A stretch of DNA of 6,761 nucleotides from Octopus sinensis (lineage: Eukaryota), in the NCBI RefSeq assembly GCF_006345805.1, contig NW_021829309.1, forward strand, positions 1 to 6,761. Reading direction: 5' to 3'. Every line of letters starts with the position of its first letter. Position 1 is the stretch's first letter. Below the pieces are notes generated by a model. That model saw only the letters and a program-made list of their open reading frames with translations. It ran no database searches and had not been told where the DNA came from. Below are positions 1 to 6,761 of the stretch, piece by piece. Made by a program: the position numbers and the translations under genes.

Positions 1-64
1 ATGTATAAATTAAAAAAAAGTCTAAAATTAAAAACAGAATATCAAAAATTAAGCATTCGAAAAT

Positions 65-88
65 CCGGTTTTTTATACATGGAGTGTA
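65..88. repeat. Possible isolated Tc1/mariner-type terminal inverted repeat (right end) followed by TA
   Basis: CCGGTTTTTTATACATGGAGTG|TA. The reverse complement TA|CACTCCATGTATAAAAAACCGG resembles the TA|CA(C/G)T-N5-6-A-run pattern of Tc1-family ends. No partner end is visible in the window. Confidence 0.25.
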
Positions 89-965
89 TATTATATAGCC
101 GTTCGCGAGATCGCAACCTAATGTTGAAATCTCGCACTGACACCACATAAAATCAAGATAGAGAGAACATGTTATTAGAATCTAACTAATCCAAAACGAA
201 GTGTCCCCGCTGCATCTATTTTTCTCTTGTATGTGGCTGTTATAGACTAAAGGCAATCTGGCGGATAAAATTTTTAACAAATAAAAAAAATTAAAGATTT
301 ATTCACCAAAAACAAATAATGGTTATTTCAGCAACTAACAAAATTTTAAAACAAACATAAAATATTGCTTTTTTGTCTCTCGGTTGGTGTTTGGAGATGA
401 TTTTGGCAAAATCGACTCTAACCTCTAAGATCCGACTCCCCAATAACGCATGTTTTTTTTCCTGTCTTTATAAAACAAAGTGTATTTTCTTCTTTCCGTT
501 TTTCTCTTTTTGTATTTTCTCTCAATTTTTCCTAGACAAATAGCTAACCTACTATCTACCATTCTCAGAAATTTATTATTCGGAAACAGTCCGCTTTTAG
601 TACATATAACCTTTAAACATCGCAGTAAATGTTAAACAATCTAAATGTAGCCCGTATTAACTGGTCGCATCAATATTTTTTCTATATTAGAGATTTTTTG
701 CAAGTTTGGTTTGGACTTCGTAGACTTTGATTTTCTTTGGTTTTGAACTTGATTTAGCCAAGTAGTGCTGGATTAATTGCCCTTTACTAACGTAAGAGTT
801 CCCATGCCAGTATATGTCGTTTGCATATAATTTAGCACAAAGCTTGGTAAAATGCAAGTCAACCTGGTGTAACAACAGTTTTCAGTGTTATCAACGACAC
901 AAGCCAGTAGCAGCATAAAAGCATAAATTTGCTATACAAGAGCTTTTAACAATATCGTTGCAGCC

Positions 966-1688
966 AGTCAAGATTCTAACTTAGAGGCGTTCAATTATTA
1001 TCTTTCAGACGATAGCTTCGCACCACTGACTTTTCAGTCAAGTGCATGAACCAAATTATGACTCTGCAGTTCCTTACGTAATTTGCAGAATTACTGTGGC
1101 AACGACACTCAATTAGTAGGGGTAAAATTAACCTATCTCATGATGGTCTAAACTCAGCTCACGTTCCATGTTAGTGGGTGAACAATCCTACACTTTGCGA
1201 TTTATGCTTTGCAATGATAGAAAGAGCCAACATCGAAGGATCAAAAAGCACCGACGCTATGTACGCTGGGTGCCAGCAGCCAATTATCCCTTGGAACTTT
1301 TCTGTCACCTTTAACTTATAAAGCTTATAAAAGTAAAAGAATCAATAGGCCACGCTTTTGCGCCTTGCATGCGTACTGAACATGGCAAATAAGGCGAGCT
1401 TTACCTTTCGCGCTATGGTAAATTTCTTTTCCACCTGAGCTCACCTTTGGACATCTGCGTTATTGTTTAGAAGATGTACCCGCCCAGGCAAACTCCCCAA
1501 ATGACACTGTTTTCAGATTCCGATCGACCCCGAACGGGCCTTACACTGCCAAACTTTCCCATTAAGGAAGCACGGTATTACTGAATTAGTAGGAAGATGA
1601 CTGAGGAAGTGGTCTTACATTGTCGCTGCGGAACAGCTCCCACCTATTACTATATCCCCAATGTCCTCCTACAATGCCAATCTATAGT
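966..1688 (-). rRNA. Degenerate 28S/LSU rRNA fragment (domains V-VI: peptidyl-transferase centre and sarcin-ricin loop), likely an rRNA pseudogene. May extend to ~880.
   Basis: The plus strand matches the reverse complement of conserved eukaryotic LSU blocks: ACTTAGAGGCGTTCA, AGTAGGGGTAAAATTAACCTATCTCATGATGGTCTAAACTCAGCTCACGTTCC, TTAGTGGGTGAACAATCC, CATCGAAGGATCAAAAAGC, CAAACTCCCC and CTCCCACCTATT. Homology stops at CTATAGTC (1688), where AAGCTCAACAGGG is expected. Normally invariant sites carry substitutions and indels. Confidence 0.93.
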
Positions 1689-1879
1689 CGTTCGATTCTA
1701 CACCTTTTTGGTATCAAATATCCGAAATGAGATGTCAAACGTCATTACTGTAGTTGTTCGACTACTAGAAGGATCAGTGTGAAGCATATCATTAATAGAC
1801 TCAAACAGGTGGTAGTCCTTTTTATTTGTGTGCTTGGATACCGTGTGGGATGGTTGTTCCTGTTATTCACAGCCTGAAC

Positions 1880-2125
1880 TATAGTAATGGAGAATAATTG
1901 GGAATATTTCATTGCTGAATCGTAGTTAAACTACGAACTGTGGCGTTTGCGTGTGTTATTAGGAAATGTATACGGTATCAAGTTCTATCGAACTGGACTT
2001 CCAGAGAAGGTGAAAGGCCTGTAGTAACTGTGTACGTATCCCTGCAAGCATCGTTAGAGTCGGCTTGCTTGTGAGTGCAAGCTAAAGTGGGTGGAAAGCT
2101 TCACTTAATACTAATAAATGCACGA
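1880..2125 (+). rRNA. Degenerate 28S/LSU rRNA 5' fragment (D1 region)
   Basis: Blocks in the expected order: AGTAATGGAGAATAA (consensus AGTAACGGCGAGTGAA), GCTGAATC, CTGTGGCGT, CAAGTTCTATCGAACTGGAC, AGAGAAGGTGAAAGGCCTGT (AGAGGGTGAGAGCCCCGT) and AGAGTCGGCTTGCTTGTGAGTGCAAGCTAAAGTGGGTGG (GAGTCGGGTTGCTTGGGAATGCAGCCCAAAGCGGGTGG). Confidence 0.8.
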
Positions 2126-2162
2126 CAAGTTGACAGATGACATTTGAAAGTACGTCGTTGGA

Positions 2163-2222
2163 TACATATGTAGTAGTTGGCGGCCACTTTTTAGAGAATT
2201 TTAAAAAAACTATATTTTTTTT
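2163..2222 (+). repeat. Left inverted repeat of the Merlin element
   Basis: TACATATGTAGTAGTTGGCGGCCACTTTT (2163-2191) is the exact 29-nt reverse complement of 2856-2884. An imperfect match continues through AAAAAAACTATATTTTTTT. Confidence 0.95.
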
Positions 2223-2294
2223 AGTTAAAAAAAATATATAATAAAAAATAATACAATATAAAAAATAATAAAATCCCACGCTACTTTAATTTAA

Positions 2295-2774
2295 ATGAGA
2301 AGTGAGGTCAATCTATTCAATCTACCCACAAGAAAAACGAACCAATGCTTCTTAGAAGCAATACCTGACAGAACAATGAAGACCCTTACGAAGGCTATTC
2401 TTGAGAATGTAGAAGAAGGCACCATTCTCATATCAGACTGCTGGAAGGGTTATTCAACAAAAGATCTTCAGGATGCAGGATATCAGCACCTGCAAGTGAA
2501 TCACAGATATTGTTTTGTTGATCCAACTACGGGTGCACACACCCAACATATTGAAAGGTTTCCAATTATATAATTATTCCTTAGAATGTGGAGTAGCGCC
2601 AAATGGCGTAATAAAACAAAGGGGAACAGTCAGACAACCTTAATAGTTTTTTACGGAGTTCGTTTGGCGACAGACAGCCAAAAAGAAAGAATTGAAACAA
2701 TCATGGAGTGCATTGCCTATATTGTCCCCCAGAATCAAACTAAAATAAAAAAAATATTAATAATTTTTGTATAA
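2295..2774 (+). pseudogene. ISXO2-like (DDE_Tnp_IS1595) Merlin transposase, C-terminal part, N-terminally deleted and frameshifted
   Basis: CFLEAIPDRTMKTL...NVEEGTILISDCWKGY...GYQHLQVNH...FVDPTTGAHTQHIER|MWSSAKWRNK is the hallmark ISXO2 motif series, containing the second D and the E. The downstream RGT-x-R-x-x-L-N-S-F-L-x-E-F-V-W-R motif is recoverable only with about 3 frameshifts (2615-2672). The first-Asp motif (IDES) is absent. Confidence 0.92.
2558..2584 (+). other. 27-nt GT-AG spliceosomal intron in the transposase
   Basis: GTTTCCAATTATATAATTATTCCTTAG. Removing it deletes the in-frame TAA and fuses GAA AG|A ATG TGG, restoring the conserved HTQxIERxW spacing. Confidence 0.85.
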
Positions 2775-2826
2775 AAATAATTAATTTTTTTATAGTAATA
2801 TTATTTAAAAAAGGTAATTATTCACC

Positions 2827-2884
2827 AAAAAAATATAGTTTTTTTAAATTTCGCTAAAAGTGGCCGCCAACTACTACATATGTA
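2827..2884 (-). repeat. Right inverted repeat of the Merlin element
   Basis: AAAAAAATATAGTTTTTTTAAATTTCGCTAAAAGTGGCCGCCAACTACTACATATGTA is complementary to 2163-2222. Confidence 0.95.
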
Positions 2885-2983
2885 CAACAGAAGTTTGTTA
2901 TTGACAAGTTGAATTATCCAGATGACATTTGAAGTTTGTAATTGTCAAATTGACTTGAAAATGGTATAGTAAGTACGTCTGAC

Positions 2984-3104
2984 TCTCGTTCGTTATCGGA
3001 ATAAACCAGACAAATCACTCCACCAACCAACCACGGCCATGCACCACTTCCCACGAAACCAACAACGGCCATTATCAAGAAAAAGCTATCAGTCTGTAAA
3101 TCCT
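2984..3104 (-). rRNA. Short degenerate 18S/SSU rRNA fragment
   Basis: TCTCGTTCGTTATCGGAATAAACCAGACAAATCACTCCACCAAC...ACGGCCATGCACCAC...ATCAAGAAAAAGCTATCAGTCTGTAAATCCT is the reverse complement of the conserved 18S block around GTGGTGCATGGCCGT. Confidence 0.92.
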
Positions 3105-3431
3105 ATTGGAAAAAAAAATAATAGTATCATTTAAATGAAATGAGAATAGTGACCATTCTTTTCTATTGAAATAGCATTAATTCAGAATTATAAAAGGAAT
3201 GAGCGTGTATTTCAGAGTCTGTAAAAGTATATGAACAGAAATGGACTGACAAAATGCCCCTCAACAAGGCTTTTAAAATTAAAAAAATGCCTGTAAGAAA
3301 TGTCCAGGATGAAAAAATGGGTCGAATATTCAAAACTGACTTGTAATTTATTAAATGGGATAAGAGAACCACAATCTGATTAGTCGACTTAGCAAAAGAA
3401 GAAAGCAAGTACACATTTATTAGACAGCAAT

Positions 3432-4466
3432 CTATAAATAAAAGAGTCCTCGATTAAAGAGAGGTGAATGTCATCGAGCAATACTTCTCAGTCAGACTGG
3501 CCAGTTTATGAGCATACACAGACGGAGGGGACAGTGGATTGCTGACAAAAAACAAACTGGAAGACAGCATACGTCTGAGTAAGTCCGAACGACAAACTGA
3601 CACAATCAGGGGACAAAACGTCCTCATTCACCAACACGTTATAGTAATTCAGCATCCCACCAGACTGTTCCCCAAAATCACAGGAAGACATTAAGAGTCA
3701 AATCTGGTATGACTCACAACACTGACCGATTACACCGCGTCACACCGAGTCGGACGACAGTCCCCACCAACCCGGACTTGACGGGGTACACCAAATTACT
3801 CACTCGCTTGTTGACTACGATGAAGGACAGTCTGGGGTGGACAGTCCCGGCCTGTTGGGCACCACAGGAGATGGCCTCCCTCATTGCGACACTTTCCCGA
3901 CAGAACTTGTTCCAAAATTCATCCCCGATTCCGCGGGGGACTGTCCTGCAGAGCACTCACATACTCCCCGATGGACACTCCGTCCACCCGACCCTTAATT
4001 GACATATCAAAACATACAAGGACACTCTTTCGAGAACACACCCAAACTGAGTCCCCACATATTCACGGAGTTTGTCCATGAAGGTGAATATGACTCGGCA
4101 TGACTATCGGGTATATTAACACATAGTGGAGAGGGGCACGTCCAGAAAAGTACTGCCATATCAACAGTTCCTTACAGTCCGCGGAGTCACACTCAGTCGT
4201 CGGCCCTTCACTACACTCGGCTTGGCTACTACCTGACTCCATTCCCTGAATACGTGCTGGAGATGTCGGCGGTGGAATGAGTGGAGGTATTCCAACCAAG
4301 ATCCCTCACCCCTCCCTCTTTGCTTGGCGGATGCCACCAAATAATAGCCCTTTCCCCGTCCCGAATGCCCAAGGCCACTCCCTCCTACAGTCATCACATC
4401 AACACAACCCAGAGGAGTCGTAGAACTCGTTTCCACAACACAACAGTCCTCCTTCCTTCAAATGTC
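3432..4466 (-). pseudogene. piwi: Piwi-clade Argonaute pseudogene, 3' part (L2 linker and PIWI domain; MID largely deleted)
   Basis: Motifs in the correct order across frameshifts: REWSQVVAKPSVVKGRRL (L2), HYVLIYP..FMDKLREY, LVCFDMS (first catalytic Asp, 4006-4008), SIGEYVSAL, RGIGD, PRLSFIVVNKR (FIVVNKR at 3804-3824), GTVV..GVT, YYNVL, LSPD, VPSVC-YAHKLA (YAHKLA at 3499-3516), and a terminal LFYL* with the stop at 3432-3434. YAHKLA and LFYL* are typical of the Piwi clade. Confidence 0.88.
3704..3726 (-). other. Candidate 23-nt GT-AG intron in piwi
   Basis: GTCAGTGTTGTGAGTCATACCAG. Removal gives VTRCN-R-F-D, matching the Piwi VTxPxR/W-Y-D-F motif, and removes the TGA that ends ORF 3714..3956. 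Confidence 0.7.
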
Positions 4467-4468
4467 TA

Positions 4469-5010
4469 CAATACGGGCAAAAAGTCACCGTTTAAGGAGA
4501 AGGGAGAGAGAATATATAGTTGAATCCGTCGTAAATTTGCATGAAAAATCGGGGCCATTCTGAAGTAATTTAAAACTTATGTTTGGTGATAAAGTTTGCT
4601 AATAAATCTTTTTTTTTATGACAAATCTTTTTGTCATTTATTTCCCACATGAAACATTATAATAAATTTATTTAAAGCAAATAATAATTATAATAATTAG
4701 TTGAAAGTATTCGGTGGCTACCATCAGCTAAAAACGCGCTCTTTAAAGTACTAAGGGCAGGCAAAAAACAAACAAATCACAAAACTAAGAAGAACCCTTT
4801 GACAAAATATTGATAAGTTTGTAGGAAATTTCCACCACAGGAATACAGCCGGTCGATGACCTGGACAACAGGGACGGCCAAAACGTGTGCAATAGTCTAC
4901 ACTAAACAAGCCCGACCAACGTCGATGTGTTTGTCTTATCCGACACAACTCAATAGACTCGTCATCAGAAATAGGAGAGTGACTAGAATAAGCAAATAAC
5001 CAACATTTCA
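4469..5010 (+). mobile_element. Tc1/mariner transposon remnant (left end plus N-terminal HTH-coding region) interrupting piwi
   Basis: TA|CAATACGGGCAAAAAGT at 4467 resembles a Tc1 TIR start and is followed by an AT-rich leader. About 4750-5010 translates as LRAGKKQT..ITKLRRTL*QNIDKF..F..RNTAGR*PGQQGRPK..TLNKPDQRRCVCLIRHNSIDSSSEIGE*L, a paired-like HTH plus GRPR/K linker (GRP at 4872-4880). No DDE domain or right TIR is present. Confidence 0.72.
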
Positions 5011-5673
5011 ATGTGCTGTCAACGATGTCCTGGCAGTGTACATTTCCGATGGACTGGACTAAACATTAAGCAAGAGAACAACGATGAGGAACTTAATACA
5101 TCTTCCACTCCATGGGGATATTATAAGAGAATATGCGGGGACAAATCACGTGAAGAAAACGGTGTCGCATGGACTGTGCGGAGTGGGGGGTGACCTGCAT
5201 TACACAGCCAACACACCTTGTCTTCTCACCATGTCCCTCCACACCTTCTGACCCCTCATCCGCCCAACCAGTCTTTTCCGGTAGATTTGGATTATTAGTC
5301 GGTAGTCGTGACTGGTGGAGTAGGCCAGTCGACTGACATGTGACAACACACTACCCTTGGCCACCCTTTCTCTCCCCGGACAGTTCACCAGTCTGCTCAG
5401 TCACTCACTACTCTCACCGAAAGTCCTCCAAATCAAGGCACTTGGTCTGTTCGAATGCATTCGGTGATGTAATCAGTCGAGATGGTCCCGAGTTGGCATG
5501 GAAGGGGCAGTTGGGGAGGTCGAGTCTGATGGAGTCGGGAGTGAATGGACACCAACTCCCCTCCATATGTCTCGATCAAGTGCCGCACGTGTGCCTTCTC
5601 TGACATGGCCGCATGCAAATCGCATTGGCACTCCGTTAACCACAAAAAGAACTTGATTGATGTAGTCGTCCAT
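5011..5673 (-). pseudogene. piwi: Probable 5' part of the same Piwi pseudogene (N, L1 and start of PAZ)
   Basis: Same strand and GC-richer composition as 3432-4466, and collinear with it. Weak motif similarity: YINQ|CQCDLHAAMSEKAHVRHLIETYGGEL (N domain), SHDYRLII (L1), and VGCVMQVTPHSAQSMR..DLSP (PAZ start, cf. LIGxIVLTxYNNxTYR..DxxP). Multiple frameshifts. Confidence 0.55.
5631..5652 (-). other. Candidate 22-nt GT-AG intron
   Basis: GTTCTTTTTGTGGTTAACGGAG. Removal joins MDDYINQ (ORF 5473..5673) in frame to CQCDLH (ORF 5433..5645). The GAG acceptor is atypical. Confidence 0.45.
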
Positions 5674-5728
5674 TATAAGATTGTTTATTTATTTAATAAA
5701 TATTTTTAAATATTAGTTTAGTGATGGA

Positions 5729-6098
5729 TTAATACATATTCTGACATTGAATTCCCCCAACACAAAGTGAAGCCATCAACAAATCTCTGCAGGTCTGTTC
5801 CTGTTCCGCCGCCACGACGCCAGTCACTCGAACCCCTCCATATGCACGGTCGTCATGTCCCCACACTTAATGGAAGGACAGTCCATGTACGACACCCTCC
5901 CCCAAAAACTCCGCGAATTCAACATCCCAGAAGGATTCCCCATTGATCCTGCCCACTGAGGACAGAAACTCACCGCCCGTGGAATAAACGTGTCGGAACA
6001 CACCAAAGCCACGGAAACGCAGGATTTCACCGCGGTGAGAGTATTGCAGGGCACTTTCCAACGGTGAGACTGTCGACCACGACGGAGTGAATATCCCT
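5729..6098 (-). pseudogene. Decayed protein-coding fragment of unknown identity, possibly RecA/KaiC-fold
   Basis: GC-richer block. DIHSVVVDSLT (frameshift) LESALQYS...EFAEFLGEGVVHGL, an internal TAA at 5867, and the same frame continues to a TAA at 5729-5731. VVVDSLT resembles a RecA-type Walker B motif. Confidence 0.35.
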
Positions 6099-6612
6099 CA
6101 ATAAAAAGAAAAGGAAATATCCACGTAAGTCACGTTATATTAGATGTCTAATGTATCTTTGGAGTACTTGAACTCGCTCGGAGTCGATATAAAGGCAAAA
6201 CACCCTGCTCGGGAAAACTAATTTGACATGTTGGATCGATTTTGTAACTATGTAATCCCGATGGTCACAGACGACTTTGATGTTGTTTTGATTGTGCTGA
6301 TGCAAGGTATCTGCAGCCTCCTTGTACACAGACATTGTTTTCCACAAGCTGTCGACAACTTTGAAAATATACGTCGTTTAAATAATCAATTTTATCGAAT
6401 AATGTCTTGTGAACTACCCTGGGACATATCTGCAGTTATTTAATGCCACAATTGCTGTCTCATGTGGGACTCTGTTTTATTTCTTCTGAAGTGAGTATAG
6501 GCAAGAAAGCCCTATCAATCAATAGAAAGCAGATTTGAAGTACGCAGTGTTATAAGCAGATGTTCAATCTTGACAAGTTTTAACTGATATATTCAATACT
6601 CACACGCTCTCT

Positions 6613-6761
6613 ATGCTACAAACACCCACAATCACCAAAACTGTGCTCCTCCTATTCAATTCCGTGTTCCTCCTTCTTGGAGTGGTCCTCCTGTCTTCCG
6701 GAATTTGGTTTTTGGCAGATCCCCGTCATTTTCTGACTACTTTCGGCGCGGACGAAATACT
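6613..6761 (+). CDS. Tetraspanin family protein, N-terminus and TM1 (partial, runs off the window)
   Basis: MLQTPTITKTVLLLFNSVFLLLGVVLLSSGIWFLADPRHFLTTFGADEI matches the tetraspanin K-x-x-L-x-x-F-N-x-x-F-x-x-x-G-x-x-L-L-x-x-G-I-W-x-x-x-D pattern. Open to the window end and absent from the supplied ORF track. Confidence 0.85.
   Translation, partial: MLQTPTITKTVLLLFNSVFLLLGVVLLSSGIWFLADPRHFLTTFGADEI

Larger units (their letters stand above)
2157..2980 (+). mobile_element. Non-autonomous, internally deleted Merlin (IS1595/ISXO2-like DDE) DNA transposon
   Basis: Inverted repeats at ~2157-2222 and ~2827-2888 flank a transposase remnant. The right end probably extends to ~2980: its reverse complement starts AGACGTAC, one transition from the GG start typical of Merlin TIRs. 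No 8-9 bp target-site duplication was found. Confidence 0.85.

Noticed and set aside
299-312. TTATTCACCAAAAA shared with 2818-2831
   Set aside because: Low-complexity 14-mer with no convincing extension.
687-875. 62-aa minus-strand ORF
   Set aside because: Non-ATG start, no recognisable family, and it directly adjoins the LSU 3' region. It cannot be supported as a gene.
1597-1782. 61-aa plus-strand ORF
   Set aside because: Its first half is antisense LSU rRNA, so it is spurious.
1920-1936. Hairpin TCGTAGT-TAA-ACTACGA
   Set aside because: Explained as a helix within the LSU D1 fragment, not a terminator.
2082-2279. 65-aa minus-strand ORF
   Set aside because: Spans the AT-rich TIR and rRNA, so it is a compositional artefact.
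2157-2888. Bacterial IS1595 element or prokaryotic Argonaute defence island
   Set aside because: The rRNA is eukaryotic, the introns look spliceosomal, and the YAHKLA/LFYL* Piwi terminus and the tetraspanin indicate a eukaryote.
966-3104. Functional fragmented rRNA, CRISPR array or alternative genetic code
   Set aside because: Invariant rRNA sites are mutated and most of each molecule is missing. There is no repeat-spacer periodicity. The stops are explained by introns and decay, and frameshifts co-occur with them.
3946-3960. GTGAGTGCTCTGCAG as a 15-nt intron on the minus strand
   Set aside because: It reads well as coding (YVSAL, cf. FVASL), and its removal does not restore a motif.
3709-4523. 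Plus-strand ORFs 3709..4002, 3884..4081 and 4281..4523 (also 5340..5603)
   Set aside because: Antisense shadows of the GC-richer piwi sequence.
4618-4637. 8-bp inverted repeat ATGACAAA-TCTT-TTTGTCAT
   Set aside because: Short and AT-rich within the Tc1 leader, so chance is plausible.
6135-6443. Overlapping ORFs 6135..6347 (-) and 6228..6443 (+)
   Set aside because: No recognisable motif. Possibly decayed coding sequence, but neither strand nor identity can be assigned.

Overview
Eukaryotic DNA, probably from a divergent compact-genome animal or protist: it carries a Piwi-clade Argonaute, a tetraspanin and candidate 22-27 nt GT-AG introns. The window is a mosaic of decayed fragments. In order, these are: a 3' LSU rRNA piece (-), a 5' LSU D1 piece (+), an internally deleted Merlin/ISXO2 (IS1595-like) DNA transposon with ~60 bp inverted repeats, an SSU rRNA piece (-), a frameshifted Piwi pseudogene (-) split by a Tc1/mariner remnant, a second decayed gene (-), and the intact-looking start of a tetraspanin (+) running off the right edge. 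I see no intact novel system. The notable features are the patchwork architecture, the tiny introns, and the repair and mutation signatures. All homology calls come from motif recognition by eye, with no searches run, and many boundaries are approximate.
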